Shown here: piece by piece, positions 12,515-25,871 of the stretch
How positions within the stretch are numbered: position 1 is the first letter of the stretch
Layout of the letters: every line of letters starts with the position of its first letter
Source of the DNA: Lepidogalaxias salamandroides
Lineage: Eukaryota
Strand: one strand, 5' to 3'
Length of the DNA: 64,000 nucleotides
Assembly (NCBI GenBank): GCA_049190665.1
Contig: CM110852.1
Notes under the pieces: generated by a model
What the model was told of the DNA's origin: nothing
Databases searched by the model: none
What the model saw: only the letters and a program-made list of their open reading frames with translations
Translations under genes and position numbers: made by a program

Positions 12515-12909
12515 GTAAATCAACTACTAGAATAAGTGAATGCATAGCAGGGCGTAGGGTCGATTTTGACACTACGTATAAGGTGCTAATCAAAAATAAT
12601 TGGCAGGGACAATCAAAATGATTGGTAGGGACATTTCAACAGGTGCTTGATACCTACCCAAACCTACGCCCATGATGCATAGACTGTATAGATATATTAT
12701 AGCCTATAGGCCTACAATATGTCAATATAAAGCAATTCAATAAAAGAGATATAATTCCACATAATCTACCTGGTATTACAAGCACACTAGTGTACCTGTG
12801 TAGGTCTACGCTGAAGCTACATTTCAGTAAGAACCTTCACACAACTTCCCCAAACATAAAGCTGCTATTGTGGTCATAATATTGTTTCTATCCCAGCCAG
12901 GTAATGATT

Positions 12910-12940
<31 letters not shown>

Positions 12941-14528
12941 TTATATGTGTGCATGTAGTAGTAGGCCTGCATGTGTGTGTGTGTGTGTGTGCACAAGAGT
13001 CTGTGTGTGTGTGTGTGCACACAAAAGTATGTGTGTGTGTGTGTGTGTATGTGTGTGCATGTGTGTTTATGTGTGTGTATGTGTGTGTGTGAAAGGAGAA
13101 GAGAAAGGGGGGGGGGGCATTTTCTCCCAGCATGATAACATCCTATAAGAGGAAACTGAAGTACCTTGTTTTCCTTATTACCGAAAACGATAATTGTATG
13201 AACTGTGCGATAATCCCATTAGCAGCACACAACACGTTGCCACCGGCTTCCTCTTCCAGATCGCTGCTAAAGATAAGAGAACGCAGCAGTGAGGTTTGGT
13301 TTATCGCTCTGGCCGGCCGCTCCTCCCGATTGATGTGTACCGAAATGAAAAGACACATTTATAGTGTTGCCCCAGCAGGACACAAGGTTATCCGTACGAC
13401 CGATGTAACAGATAACAGTAACATGGCTCATCGCTTCCTATAGGTGTGTATGTGGGCTATTAGGTTAGGGCTGCAGCACAAGCCTCTGAATGTCTTCTTT
13501 AAAGGTATTGCTTTGGGGTCAATGTTCAGTTTGGTTTCACATGTTTTCACGTCACACATTTTTGGGTGTTGTTGTCGTTAGTGGGACATAGGTCTACATG
13601 TAGGTCTACTTATTTCACAAGAAATAAGTAGACCTACAATCACAAAAAAATAGGCCATAGAAGTGAAAATATGCCATTCTTACTTCTGACAAAAGCTAAT
13701 TGTAATCCTATGCTAGACAGTAGTAGTCTAGCAGAAATGTTGTAAAAGCTATCCTTTTTGTCACATGTCATGTGTGTGTGTATTTATATATTGTATGTAG
13801 GTCTGTGTGTGTGTGTGTGTGTGTTCGCATGTGCGCGCGTGTGTGTGTGTGTAGTGAATATATGAAAATCTAGGCATGTACCCCGCTAAAGCCAAGGTAT
13901 CGATTGTACTTGTGTATCTTAGCATGTCAGCGTGTTCTTATTGTAAGTTCAGGGCCGGGAAACTCTCTAATAAGCACTCAGTGGGGGTCACTGGGGGGGG
14001 CTAGAGGGGTGTTAGCCTCTCCACGAGCCAAGAGCTGTCCATCTGAAGCATGGAGGAGACAGAGAGGCATGGTAGATTAATAATGAGAAGTAGATTTTCA
14101 GCCATACATGGACACATCGTAGCATCATGTTTAAAAGCCCTTCAAGCACACAGAGAACACAGAACAATGTGTTGTTACAGATTGGAACTTCACACATTGG
14201 ATTTCATCTAACTATTTTGTATGAATGTATTTTGTATATGTGATTATCATATTTCTTTCCCCCTGTTATACTAAGGTGAGGTTAATCTGAGTCTAAGGAA
14301 GGTGCTGAGATATGCCGTGGCCTAGTACAGTTAGGGCTTAGGTTAGGGTTGGGTCAGGGGTTACACCTGGCCTCTGTGTGTGAATGGATGAACTTTTGAA
14401 TGGACGTAGTGGTTTGAAAAATACAATATATTGTCTATGTGTGTAACTGAACTCTATGTCAACTGAGGGTGTGTGTGTTGCTGCTCTGAAGGCTTCGTTG
14501 TCTCTCCGTGGTTGTGTGTCTCCACCAG

Positions 14529-14624
14529 AGTGCAGGGGTCTCTGGGACGACGTGAGCTGCTGGCCCCATGCATTGGAGGGGGAGGTGGTGTCTGTCCCCT
14601 GCCCCGCCTTCCTGCACACCACAG
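14529..14624 (+). CDS. sctr: sctr exon 3 (ECRGLWDDVSCWPHALEGEVVSVPCPAFLHTTG)
   Basis: A strong polypyrimidine acceptor precedes the exon and the donor is GTCAGC. The peptide matches the class B ECD motif CEGMWDNISCWP..VEVECP of secretin receptor. Confidence 0.8.
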
Positions 14625-14671
14625 GTCAGCCCTGGAGCTGACTGTTATACAAGCTCTACTGTATTCCATTA

Positions 14672-14895
14672 CTAATGTCTGGCTCAGTCCCACTGTGATA
14701 TCAGTATTGCTCTGTTTGATTAGTGATGCCTGGTTCTAGTATAGATCAGTCCCACTGTAATATCAGTATTAGTGTGTTTGACTGGTAATGCCTGGCTCAG
14801 TACCACTGTAATAATGTGCTTGATTAGCAATGCCTACTCTAGTTTAGCAGTCCTACTGTAATACCAGTGTTCAACTAGTAATGCCTGGCTTAGTT
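14672..14895. repeat. About 55-bp degenerate tandem repeat (about 4 copies) in sctr intron 3
   Basis: The unit cagtcccactgtaatatcagtatt..gtaatgcctggct recurs in tandem. Confidence 0.6.
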
Positions 14896-15071
14896 AAAAG
14901 GGAACCCAATGTTAATTTAGTTGTGTATTTGTAGATGAATTAGTCTAATCTTCATTAGTTTTATCTTTATCAACTGTGTGGCATGTTTTGTTGTTTGTTT
15001 ACTTAAAGCACCTCCTTGTGTGTTTGTATGTCTCTCTCTCGCTCTCTCTCTCTTCTATGTCTCTCTCTCAG

Positions 15072-15172
15072 GGAGAGTTTATAAGAACTGTACAGAGTCT
15101 GGCTGGAGTGTATCATATCCCCCCCACGATATAGCATGTGACTACGGCTTCAATGGAAGCTTCTCTATTGAG
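15072..15172 (+). CDS. sctr: sctr exon 4 (GRVYKNCTESGWSVSYPPHDIACDYGFNGSFSIE)
   Basis: The acceptor is ctctcag and the donor is GTTAGC. The peptide matches SCTR FRNCTQDGWSE..LACGVNVNDSS. Confidence 0.75.
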
Positions 15173-15627
15173 GTTAGCCGCATGCTATTACTACTACTGC
15201 TGCTACTACTACTACTACTACTAATACTACCTTTACAGAGATGACATGGAAACAGAGTCGTAAATTTAAAAGTTGGGGTTCTTCTAAGTAACTAACTCTA
15301 GCGACAAATCAAGTCCTGAAGGATCAGTGCTCCTCCCTCCCCGATCCCTCCTACGTTTAATTGTTATGGGGTGGTTGTGTTAAAGAAGCACGCGCACGGC
15401 TGCGTAGAACAAAAAGCCTCGCTGGGCGTTTTAATGAACAAAAGAACAAAAAATGCTGGAACAGGCGGTCGGGATCGGGATGGTCCGGAGCTTCACCAAT
15501 CAGGATTCTGCGATGGACGGAAAAAGGCACGAGGTAAGTAACTTGGCGAGAAAAAGCACGAGTAAACATAAGGTAAGTCATTCTCAGGATACGGATTTGT
15601 CAAGGACAGGATCTCCACTTGCCAGAG

Positions 15628-18600
15628 TCAACGAAGAGAAGATCTGGCGACGAGTGACGAGGAAGTTGGGGTTCTTGTAGCCGCCAGCGTTGATTGATCA
15701 TTGAGTCCACCTGTGCGGCGGAACGCACGTAACGCACGAGCCGAGGTGTTGGGCGTGGCAAGCGGAGTGACGAGAGTAGGGAGGGAAAGTGGAGGTGTGT
15801 TGGGCGTGGCAAGCGGGGTGACGGGGACAGGAAGGGAATGTGGAGGTGGGACCGTAACAGTACCCCCCCCCCGACGGGAGCCTCCTGGCAACCGTCCGGG
15901 AGCATCAGGATGAGCGAGGTAGAAGTCCCGAAGAAGACCAGGGTCCATGATTAGCTTGCGGGAAATCCAACTCCGCTCCTCCGGACCGTATCCTTCCCAG
16001 TCCACCAGGTACTGGAACCCACGTCCTTGACGGCAAACCCTCAGTAGTCGTCGAACTGTCCATTGGGGGTGGCCGTCGACCATCTGGGGTGGAGGTGGGG
16101 TCGGGAGTGGAGGAACCAGTGGACTCAGAGAGTACGGCTTTACCTTGGACACATGGAATACCGGATGGACTCGTCGTAGAGACATGGGAAGCTTCAGCCG
16201 GACGGCAACCGGGTTGATGATACGGTCGATCTCGTATGGTCCGATGAACCTGGATGACAGCTTCTTAGAAGATGTTTGCAGGGGGAGGTCCGCCGTGGAC
16301 AACCATACCCGTTGGCATACCTGGTACTCTGGAGCCGGTATCCGGTGTCGGTCGGCTCCCCGACGAGCGCGGTCGGTGGCCCTTGACAAGGCCGATCGCA
16401 CCGCTTTCCACACCCGGCGACACCGATGGAGATGGGTCTGCACGGATGGAACCGATGACTCCTCCTCCTGGAGCGAGAAGAGTGGTGGTTGGTAGCCGAG
16501 GGAGCACTCGAACGGGGACCTTCCCGTAGCCGAGCTGGTCATGATGTTGAGCGAGTATTCTACCCAAGGCAGGTCCTTACTCCAGGAAGACGGGTGGAGT
16601 GCGGAGACGCAACGGAGTGCTGCTTCCAGGCCCTGGTTGCTCCTCTCTGCCTGACCATTGGACTGGAGGTGGAATCCAGACGACAGGCTGACGGTCGCCC
16701 CCAGTTCCTTGCAGAGCGCCCGCCAGACCTGCGAAGTGAATTGCGGTCCACGGTCACTGACAATGTCAGAAGGAAGGCCATGGAGGCGGTAGACATGCTG
16801 CATAAGCTGTTCGGCAGTCTCCATGGAGGAGGGGAGTTTCGGGAGGGCAACAAGATGTACGGCCTTTGAGAATCGGTCAACCACCGTCAGTACGGTGGTG
16901 TTCCTGTGGGAGGGGGGTAGACCGGTGACAAAGTCCAGTGCGATGTGGGACCAAGGTCTCTGGGGAACCGGTAGAGGACGTAGTAGACCAGCAGGTGGTT
17001 GGTGAGATGACTTTCCTCGAGCACAAACGGGACATGCCGTAACGAACTCTCGCACATCTGCAGTCATGGTAGCCCACCAGAACCTCCGCCGCAGGAAGGA
17101 CAGAGTCCGGTGAATCTCAGGGTGGCAAGCGAACCGACTTGCATGGCCCCACTGTAGCACTTGGGACCTGGCGTCGTCAGGAACGAAAAGGCGGTTCTGT
17201 GGGCCGGTTCGGGGGTCGGGCTGGGTTCGTTGGGCGCGCCTGACGTCTGCTTCTATCTGCATGGTGATGGATCCGATAACCTGAGAGGTGGGCAGGATCG
17301 TGGTGGGGTCGCTGGAGTTCCTCTCAGCCGAGTAGACCCGGGATAGCGCGTCCGCCTTGGTGTTCCTGGAGCCCGGTCGGAAGGTGATGTGGAAGTTGAA
17401 ACGCCCCAGGAACAAGGCCCAGCGTGCCTGACGAGAGTTCAACCTCTTGGCCGCTCGGAGGTAGGTTAGATTTCGGTGGTCAGACCATACAGTGACGGGA
17501 TGTTCTGCGCCCTCAAGCCAATGCCTCCACTCCTCAAACGCCCCTACCACAGCCAGTAGTTCTCTGTTGCCGATGTCATAGTTAGCCTCGGCCGGAGAGT
17601 AGCGGCGCGAGAAAAAGGCACAGGGATGAAGCTTCTGGTCTCCCTCGGAATGCTGTGAGAGAACCCCCCCGATGCCGGTGTCAGAGGCGTCCACCTCTAC
17701 AACGAAAGGCCTGGAGGGGTCCGGGTTGATGAGGATAGGGGCGGAGGTGAAACGTCTCTTTAGGTCGATGAAGGCCGTATTAGCTGCCGGTGTCCAGGAA
17801 AAGGGACGCAGGGTGGATGTGAGAGAAGACAGGGGGGCCGCCACCTGGCTATAACTTCTTATGAAACGTCTATAGAAGTTGGCGAAACCCAGGAAGCTCT
17901 GCAGTTGCTTCCGATTCGTGGGTTGAGGCCACTCCACAACACTCTGGATCTTACGTGGATCTGGACGAGTCTGTCCTCCCTCAACGATCAGTCCGAGGAA
18001 TTCCACAGAGGACGCGTGAAAAGTGCACTTCTTTCCTTTAATGAAGAGGCGGTTCTCCAAAAGACGTTGGATAACCAACCGAACATGCTGTGTGTGTTCT
18101 TCAAGGGAGCGAGAGAACACCAGGATGTCGTCTAAATAAATCACAACAAAAATGTCCAACATGTCTCTGAGAATGTCATTCATCATTTCTTGGAATACTG
18201 CGGGGGCGTTGGTTAATCCAAAAGGCATCACCAGATACTCATAGTGACCTCGAGGAGTCTTGAATGCGGTCTTCCACTCATCTCCCTCGCGGATCCTGAC
18301 CAGGTGATAGGCGTTGCGGAGGTCCAACTTTGTAAAGATCTTGGCTTGTAGTAGCGGTTCAAAGTTGGCACTCATGAGGGGAAGGGGGTACTGGTTTCGG
18401 GTGGTAATGTTGTTTAATTCCCGGTAGTCGATGCAGGGTCGCAAGTCCCCACCCTTCTTCTTAACAAAAAAGAAACCTGCTGCCACCGGTGAACGTGATG
18501 AACGGATGAGACCCTCGGCCAGACACTCATTAAGGTACTCCTCCATTACTTGCTTCTCTGGAAGAAATAGGTTGTAGAGACGGCTGGCTGGTAGATGGGC

Positions 18601-19272
18601 GCCCGGGAGTATGTCGATGGCGCAGTCGTAGGGTCTATGGGGGGGAAGCGTTCGCGCACGCTCCTTACTGAAAGCCTCTGCTAGGTCATGATAGATGGAA
18701 GGAATCCCAGATAGGTTGACTGTCCTCGACTGCGGTCGAGCGGGGTTCGTGGGAATCCGTGCTGTTTGAAGACAGCGACTGTGACAAGCAGGGCTCCAGC
18801 TGAGTACTCGGGCCGGGCCGTAGTCGAGATGGGGAACATGGATCTCCAACCACGGTCTTCCGAGAATGAGGGGAGACTTAGGGGATTTTATGGCGAACAA
18901 TTGAATCTTCTCCACGTGGTTACCGGAGAGTCTGAGAGTAAGGGAACATGTGCGATGAGTGATGGGTCCCAGACTATGACCGTCAATGGCCTGGACTGAG
19001 ATTGGCGAGGCAAGGGGTTCCAGAGGAATGGCGGCCTGGTGAGCGAAGAGAGTATCCACGAAGTTGCCGTCGGCCCCGGAGTCGATGAGAGCCCCAACGG
19101 AAAGAGTCTGGTCGTGCCACGACAAGGTTGCCTGGAACTTGGCGAATCCGAGGGTTGTAGGGGTGTGGGTTAGCTGGCTCACCAGGAGGCCCCTTGTAGC
19201 TGGTGAGCCTAGTCTTTTGGTCGAAGAGAACAGTCGTTGCGTAGGTGTCCCTTCTGTCCACAGTATAGACAT
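15628..19272 (-). CDS. pol polyprotein (protease-RT-RNaseH-integrase-chromodomain), uninterrupted 1214-aa ORF
   Basis: The ORF track shows a single ORF with all canonical motifs. Its last about 75 codons read into the 3' LTR. Confidence 0.85.
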   Translation of the reverse strand: MSILWTEGTPTQRLFSSTKRLGSPATRGLLVSQLTHTPTTLGFAKFQATLSWHDQTLSVGALIDSGADGNFVDTLFAHQAAIPLEPLASPISVQAIDGHSLGPITHRTCSLTLRLSGNHVEKIQLFAIKSPKSPLILGRPWLEIHVPHLDYGPARVLSWSPACHSRCLQTARIPTNPARPQSRTVNLSGIPSIYHDLAEAFSKERARTLPPHRPYDCAIDILPGAHLPASRLYNLFLPEKQVMEEYLNECLAEGLIRSSRSPVAAGFFFVKKKGGDLRPCIDYRELNNITTRNQYPLPLMSANFEPLLQAKIFTKLDLRNAYHLVRIREGDEWKTAFKTPRGHYEYLVMPFGLTNAPAVFQEMMNDILRDMLDIFVVIYLDDILVFSRSLEEHTQHVRLVIQRLLENRLFIKGKKCTFHASSVEFLGLIVEGGQTRPDPRKIQSVVEWPQPTNRKQLQSFLGFANFYRRFIRSYSQVAAPLSSLTSTLRPFSWTPAANTAFIDLKRRFTSAPILINPDPSRPFVVEVDASDTGIGGVLSQHSEGDQKLHPCAFFSRRYSPAEANYDIGNRELLAVVGAFEEWRHWLEGAEHPVTVWSDHRNLTYLRAAKRLNSRQARWALFLGRFNFHITFRPGSRNTKADALSRVYSAERNSSDPTTILPTSQVIGSITMQIEADVRRAQRTQPDPRTGPQNRLFVPDDARSQVLQWGHASRFACHPEIHRTLSFLRRRFWWATMTADVREFVTACPVCARGKSSHQPPAGLLRPLPVPQRPWSHIALDFVTGLPPSHRNTTVLTVVDRFSKAVHLVALPKLPSSMETAEQLMQHVYRLHGLPSDIVSDRGPQFTSQVWRALCKELGATVSLSSGFHLQSNGQAERSNQGLEAALRCVSALHPSSWSKDLPWVEYSLNIMTSSATGRSPFECSLGYQPPLFSLQEEESSVPSVQTHLHRCRRVWKAVRSALSRATDRARRGADRHRIPAPEYQVCQRVWLSTADLPLQTSSKKLSSRFIGPYEIDRIINPVAVRLKLPMSLRRVHPVFHVSKVKPYSLSPLVPPLPTPPPPQMVDGHPQWTVRRLLRVCRQGRGFQYLVDWEGYGPEERSWISRKLIMDPGLLRDFYLAHPDAPGRLPGGSRRGGGTVTVPPPHSLPVPVTPLATPNTPPLSLPTLVTPLATPNTSARALRAFRRTGGLNDQSTLAATRTPTSSSLVARSSLR

Positions 19273-19464
19273 AGCCGCTGGGTTCGACGATGCTCCCTTT
19301 CAGCAGCAGACAGTCGAGTTCGTCCTAGCTACATTGGCTCGTCGTCGGGGAAGGTAGGGGTCGGGGAATCTGGAACGCGGGAATAGCTGGGTCTAACCAA
19401 TGGCAGGGTACGAACAGGTGGTAATAGGCGAGCAGTGAAGTCTGTCTCCTTCTTGCGTTCCCGG

Positions 19465-20286
19465 CTACGTACGTCGACGTCGATGGCGAGTGAAACCAGA
19501 TCCTTCAGGGTGCCGGGTCTGTCGCGGCAGTTCATCTTTGATGTTCTCGCACAGGCCCTGGCGAAAGGCACTGCACAGGCCCGCGTCGTTCCAGCCGCTT
19601 CCCGCCGCTAGTGTGTGAAACTCTGTGGAGTACGCGGCGACGGTGCGGTTGCCTTGACGCGCCGAGATCAACCGTGCTCCCACATCCTGTCCTGCCGTGG
19701 GATGATCAAACACCCGCTTGAACTCGAGTAGGAAGGCAGCATAGTCATTGTAAAGTTCGGGGCGGGCACCGAGAGTGGCTTCGGCCCAATTCAACGCTTC
19801 GCCCGTGGTTAGGCTTGTCACAAAAGCGACACGAGAAGCGGGGGAGCGATACTGACTGGGTTGGTGATTAAAGATGAGGTTTCACTGCATGATGAATCCT
19901 CGGAAAAGGGAGAAGTTACCGTCGAAAGGCCGGGGACTAGCCAGGTGTGGCTCACGGGTCGGCTCGGAGAGTGGAGCTGGAAGGAGTACGGTGGGTAGAA
20001 GAGGAGCGACGGCGGGAACCGGTGCAGCGGAGGCGACCAGCTGGGCCACTTGTTCCGACAAGACCTTGAGTGTAGATGTGATGTGTTGAATTTGCGTCAG
20101 GTAGCTGTCGTGACGAGCCTCCAGAGTCTGGAAACGTTGATCTGACGACCGCATGGCCTCCGAAGCCTCCCGGAGTTGGTTAGAGTGAGCAGCGATCACG
20201 CCAGCTTTGACTCGGACTACCTTGGCGAGTCGATCCGTCGAGATGATCTCTCCATGGGTTGGTGTTGAGCCGGCTGCTTCCATCAT
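19465..20286 (-). pseudogene. gag of the chromovirus-like element, split into two ORFs by a frameshift
   Basis: ORFs 19882..20286 and 19465..19821 are collinear with the intact 374-aa gag of the second copy (60927..62051). The start ATGATGGAAGCAGCC lies immediately inside the 5' LTR boundary. Confidence 0.6.
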
Positions 20287-21007
20287 GGCCAGATCTTCTG
20301 TTATGGGGTGGTTGTGTTAAAGAAGCATGCGCACGGCTGCGTAGAACAAAAAGCCTCGCTGGGCGTTTTAATGAACAAAAGAACAAAAAATGCTGGAACA
20401 GGCGGTCGGGATCGGGATGGTCCGGAGCTTCACCAATCAGGATTCTGCGATGGACGGAAAAAGGCACGAGGTAAGTAACTTGGCGAGAAAAAGCACGAGT
20501 AAACATAAGGTAAGTAATTCTCAGGATACGGATTTGTCAAGGACAGGATCTCCACTTGCCAGAGTCAACAAAGAGAAGATCTGGCGACGAGTGATGAGGA
20601 GGTTGGGGTTCTTGTAGCTGCCAGCGTTGATTGATCATTGAGTCCACCTGTGCGGCGGAACGCACGTAGCGCACGAGCCGAGGTGTTGGGCGTGGCAAGC
20701 GGAGTGACGAGAGTAGGGAGGGAAAGTGGAGGTGTGTTGGGCGTGGCAAGCGGGGTGACAGGGACAGGAAGGGAATGTGGAGGTGGGACCGTAACATTAA
20801 TCATCCCATAATATCCTGTTCGACCTGGAAATGTGTAATTTTGTAAAATGTGTAAGTCTTTAAAGGATAACTTCAGGATTTTTCAACCTGGACCCCATTT
20901 TCCCATCATTTGGGGTCTAACTGAGTAATGCGGACAACAATTGTTGACATTGATCCAGGATTGAATGAGAACGCAGCTGCAAAACATCTGCATTGTAACC
21001 CTTTAGG

Positions 21008-21413
21008 GCAGGGGTCTTCAACCTTTCCAGCCCAGGGACCCCTTGGTGGATTGAGAAATGGAGCAGGGACCCCCTATATATACTGCATATATATATACTG
21101 TATATATATATAGATATATATATACAGTATATATATATTTTTTTTGTATTTATTTATTTATTTTTAATAAAATGCTGTTGCATTTTATTTATTATTTATT
21201 TATATTATACAATACATGACTTGAAGGTGGAATTTGGGTGAAACTCGGAAGAATTAGTTTCTGCATTAAGTTGCAACTAGAAAATGATTTCCAAATTATT
21301 ACCAAAAAAAAAATGTCCACAAAAAAATTTAATAAAAAGAAAATAATGTCACGGACCCCCTGGAGTACCTCCGCGAACCCTCTAGGGGTTGCGGACCCCC
21401 GGTTTAAGACCAC
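21008..21413. mobile_element. Candidate MITE with TIRs CAGGGGTCTTCAACC / GGTTTAAGACCACTG, AT-rich interior
   Basis: Imperfect 15-bp terminal inverted repeats (13 of 15 match) flank an internal (TA)n tract. A related terminus CAGTGGTTCTCAACC lies at 27022 and CAGGGGTCGGCAACC at 63501. Confidence 0.35.
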
Positions 21414-21419
21414 TGCTTT

Positions 21420-23422
21420 ACGGACCCTCCTCTCCAGTACCCCCGAATAGACCTTACCAGGGAGGCTGAGGAGTGTGATCCCCCGGTAGTTGGAACACAC
21501 CCTCCGGTCCCCCTTTTTAAAAAGGGGGACCACCACCCCGGTCTGCCAATCCAGAGGCACCGCCCCCGATGTCCACGCGATGCTGCAGAGCCGTGTCAGC
21601 CAAGACAGGCCTACAACATCCAGAGCCTTGAGGAACTCGGGCGGATCTCATCCACCTCCGGGGCCTGGCCACCGAGGAGCTTTTTAACCACCTCGGCAAC
21701 CTCCGCCCCAGTGATAGAGGAGCCCACACCCGAGTCCCCAGACTCTGCTTCCGTACTGGAAAGCGTGTCGGTGGGATTGAGGAGGTCGAAGTATTCCTTC
21801 CACCGACCCACAACGTCCCGAGTCGAGGTCAGCAGCGCCCCCTCCCCACTGTACACAGTGTTGACAGTGCACTGCTTTCCCCTCCTGAGACGCCGGATGG
21901 TGGTCCAGAATCTCTTCGAAGCCGTTCGGAAGTCGTTCTCCATGGTCTCGCCGAACTCCTCCCATGTCCGGGTTTTTGCCTCGGTGACCGCCAAAGCCGC
22001 AGCATGCTTGTCCCGTCGGTACCTGTCAGCTGTCTCCGAAGTCCCACGGGCCAAAAAGGTCCGGTAGAACTCCTTCTTCAGCCTGACGGCATCCCTCACC
22101 GCTGGTGTCCACCAACGGGTTTGGGGATTGCCGCCGCGACAGGCACCGACCACCTTGCGGCCACAGCTCCGGCCAGCCGCCGAGACAATGGAGGAATGGA
22201 ACATGGTCCACTCGGACTCAATGTCCCCCGCCTCCCCCGGGATATGGTTGAAGCTCTCCCGGAGGTGGGAGTTGAAGCTCCTTCTGACAGGGGATTCCGC
22301 CAGACGTTCCCAGCAGACCCTCACAATACGTTTAGGTCTGCCAGGTCTGTCCGGCTTCTTCCCCCACCATCGGAGCCAGCTCACCACCAGGTGGTGATCG
22401 GTTGACAGCTCCGCCCCTCTCTTCACCCGAGTGTCCAAGACATGCGGCCGCAAGTCCGACGACACGACCACAAAGTCGATCATGTCCTGGTGCCAAGTGC
22501 ACATATGGACACCCTTATAATAATAATAATAAACATTTTATTTATATAGCGCTTTTCTAATACACTTATGTCTGAACATGGTGTTTGTTATGGACAGTCC
22601 GTGCCGAGCACAGACCAATAACAAAACACCATTCGGGTTCAGATCGGGGGGGGCATTCCTTCCAATCACACCGCTCCAGGTCTCACTGTCGTTGCCCACA
22701 TGGGCATTGAAGTCCCCCAGCAGAACGAGGGAGTCCCCATGGGGGGCGCTTTCCAGCACCCCCTCTAAGGACTCCACAAAGGGTGGGTATTCTGAACTGC
22801 TGTTTGGGGCATAAGCACAAACAACAGTCAGGACCCGTCCCCCCACCCGAAGGCGGAGGGAGGCTACCCTCTCGTCTACTGGGGTAAACCCCAATGTACT
22901 GGCACCAAGCCAGGGGGCAATAAGTATTCCCACCCCCGCTCGGCGCCTCTCCCCAGGGGCAACTCCAGAGTGGAAGAGAGTCCAACCCATCTCAGGGGGG
23001 CTGGTTCCGGAGCCCACACTGTGTGTCGAGGCGAGTCCGACTATATCTAGTCGGAACCTCTCGACCTCGCGCACCAGCTCGGGCTCCTTCCCCGTCAGAG
23101 AGGTGACGTTCCACGTCCCTAGAGCTAGCTTCTGTAGCCGAGGATCAGACCGCCCAGGTCCCCGCTCTCTGCTACCCAGCTCTCTGGGCACCCGACCCCT
23201 ATGGCCCCTCTCACAGGTGGTGAGCCCATGGGAGGAGGGTCCCGCGTTTCCTCTTCGGGCTGTGCCCGGCCGAGCCCCGCGGGAGTAGGCTCGGCCACCA
23301 GGCGCTCGCCTTCGTGCCCCACCTCCGGGCCTGGCTCCAGAGGGGGGCCCCGGTGGCCCACGTCCGGGCGAGGGAAACCGTATTCCGAAGTTGGTGTTCA
23401 TCATAGGGGTTTGGTGAGCCAC
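21420..23422 (-). mobile_element. Non-LTR retrotransposon (LINE) 5' portion: APE endonuclease plus start of RT, 3'-truncated
   Basis: ORF 22538..23422 (minus) is an AP-endonuclease domain ([25 protein letters not shown]). ORF 21611..22504 is the linker. ORF 21192..21560 begins RT (GVVVPLFKKGDRRVCSNYRGITLLSLPGKVYSGVLERR) and then loses similarity at about 21425. Confidence 0.75.
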
Positions 23423-25111
23423 TCTTTGTCTGGCCCCTCGACTAGGACCTGTTTGCCTTGGGTGACCCTACCAGGGGCGTAAAGCCCCCGACAACATAGC
23501 TCCTAGGGTCATAGGGACACGCAAACTCCTCCACCGCGGTAAGGTGGTAGCTCAAGGAGGAGTCGAGGAGAAGTATCACTCTGAAATCCCGCAAAACCAA
23601 CACAACAAACTCTTGCTGGGACTCTTCTCTCCAACTCTCACTCACGTTTCCACCGTTCTCTTCCTGCAACAACTCAGAGCGATTTCAGAGCGAGACTTCT
23701 CCTCAAGTGAGACTTGAACAGACCGGATCAAGCGAAAGGTAAAGAAAAAAGTTGTATTTCTCTGTAGGGATCCTTTCCATAATGTTGTCAAACACTTATA
23801 CAAATAACAGTCTGAGCCTGTCAGTGGCAAAAACACTTTGGCACAATTGCCCCAAAGGGTTACAATGCATATGTTTTGCGGCTGCGTTCTCGCGTTCTGC
23901 GTCCATTAGTCAGTTAGACCCCAAATGATGGGAAAATGGGGTCCAAGTTGAAAAATCCTGAAGTTATCCTTTCACTTTATGGTAATTCTGAAACTGAAGC
24001 AGCCAATCAGTGGCTGCTTCAGGACCGTGTGACCCCTGTGGTGACCAGACAAGAGACTTCATCACTTCAATTCAGTTCAGCTCTGAGCACTCAACACTTT
24101 TGGCTAGCGCCTGGACTATGCCGTCGCTAACAGCAGCGGTGCGCAAACATTAGATTGATGTGAGTGGTGGGGACAAGGCAGCACCATGCTAAGCACCACC
24201 TGGGGTCCCACTGCAGTGCTGTGTCTGGGCCTTGTTGAAGTGGAGGAGGGTTGGGGTTAGGAGTTTGGAGGAGAAGAGTTGAGGTTCGGAGTTAGGGAGG
24301 AGAAGGGTAGGGGTTAGGGCGAGAAGTGTAAATCTTAAGATGGAGGGCCTCTGGTTTGTCTCAGTCTGTTTTTCAACAGAGGCCCCTGTTGAGTGGCTTC
24401 CTGCTCCGAGCAGCGTGTGCTAGATTTAGGAGATGCCTAAACAGCGTTGTGTCTTTATCCCTCTTTTATTCTCTCTGTTTCTCTTATTCTCTCTATCCCA
24501 CTCATCTTGTTCATCTCTATTGTTCTCTCTCTCACACACTAACCCCATCTCTCTCTCTCTGCATCTTTTGGTCCATTTGTCTCTCTCTCGCAACCTCTTC
24601 CCTTGGTGTCCCTCGTGGTCATATTCACACTAATACAGTAAATACACACTCAGTCTTCCAGGCCGGCCCTGTCGCTACACATAAACACAGACCAACCCTG
24701 TGTCCTTCCCACACCATTTTTATCAAGTGCACACGCACAAACAAGCACTTGCTAGTCTCTGTTTGTACTATCCTCATCTTTCCTTTGAGATCATCAGAGA
24801 CAAAAATGGTGAACACGTGAACAAGTGCATGAAACCACCATTGAACCTATTGGCATTCACACACACACAGTTGAGACAGGATCGGCTAATAGTGGGGGGT
24901 GTTTGACTGGAAGGTTGTGGGTTCGAGTCTATCTATCTGTAGGCGTTAGGAGTTAAAGAATACAGCCATCGTACAGACATGTGTTGTGAGATAATAGGGT
25001 TGAAATGACGGTGCCTTTGTGTGTAAACTTGCTGCGTAATGTTCTGTATCTGTGCTCTGAATGAAACCTTTTGATGAAGGCTGTGATTGGCTCTCCATGT
25101 TGTCCCCTCAG

Positions 25112-25221
25112 ACAGAGGTCTCGCCACGGTACTTCCTGTACGTTAGGATCATGTATTCGGTGGGCTACGCTGCTTCTCTCGTCTCCCTCATCATCGCCGT
25201 GACGATTCTCTGTCTTTTCAG
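25112..25221 (+). CDS. sctr: sctr exon 5 (TM1: TEVSPRYFLYVRIMYSVGYAASLVSLIIAVTILCLFR)
   Basis: The acceptor is cccctcag and the donor is GTCAGT. The peptide carries the class B TM1 motif MYTVGY. Confidence 0.8.
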
Positions 25222-25738
25222 GTCAGTTTAAAATATACACTAAGCATCTACACTACATGTATTTCAATGCAGACATATACGTTTATCTATAACATATCAG
25301 GGGGGGGGGGAACTGAACAGAAACTTTGAAAACATTGGGGATATTTATGAATGAAGGCTAAACATAAACAATATTTAAGGATTTATTTCAAACAAACAAT
25401 TCAAAACAATAATCTTTTTTTAACTTAGAGTTTAACTTAGAGTAATAGTTCATTTCTAACCTGAACCTAAACTTCACCATTTCTAATGTCATACCTAAAC
25501 ATTCCTTATCTAATACCTAAGCTTCATGTATGTTTGTATATTGTGCTTGTTTGTAAATGTATTTTTGTCTGTTTTGTAAAGCATCATTGAGTGTGAGAAA
25601 GGTGTTATATAGAATAACGTTATTATTATTATTATTATTATTAATATTAATTAAATAAACCATTTCTAACACACCATGTGAATAAGTTTCTCCAGTAGTT
25701 TTGTCCGGTGTGGGTGACTTGTCCCCTTCCCCTAACAG

Positions 25739-25871
25739 GAGACTCCACTGCACTCGTAACCTGGTCCACATCCAGCTCTTCCTCTCCTTCATCCTGCGCT
25801 CCACCCTCATCTTCATCAGAGACCTGCTGCTCTTCACCTCCCATGAACACTTCCACTGTGGCGGTTACCCG
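25739..25871 (+). CDS. sctr: sctr exon 6 (TM2: RLHCTRNLVHIQLFLSFILRSTLIFIRDLLLF..)
   Basis: The peptide carries the RLHCTRNYIH..LFxSFILRA motif of the secretin/PTH receptor group. The acceptor is cctaacag and the donor is GTGACA. Confidence 0.85.

Larger units (their letters stand above)
15362..20796 (-). mobile_element. Near-intact chromodomain-bearing Ty3/gypsy LTR retrotransposon (chromovirus-like), antisense in sctr intron 4
   Basis: 498-bp LTRs lie at 15362-15859 and 20299-20796, with TG..CA termini and about 7 mismatches by eye. A 5-bp TSD TTAAT sits at 15357-15361 and 20797-20801. The pol ORF 15628..19272 (minus; 1214 aa) reads PR ([10 protein letters not shown]), RT, RNase H, IN (zinc finger, DDE core) and chromodomain ([17 protein letters not shown]). 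The gag ORFs are 19882..20286 and 19465..19821. A G-run PPT abuts the 3' LTR. Confidence 0.9.

Noticed and set aside
19329-19571. ORFs overlapping gag-pol junction of the LTR element in other frames
   Set aside because: They are alternative frames of the retroelement gag/pol overlap region and are accounted for by the element annotation.
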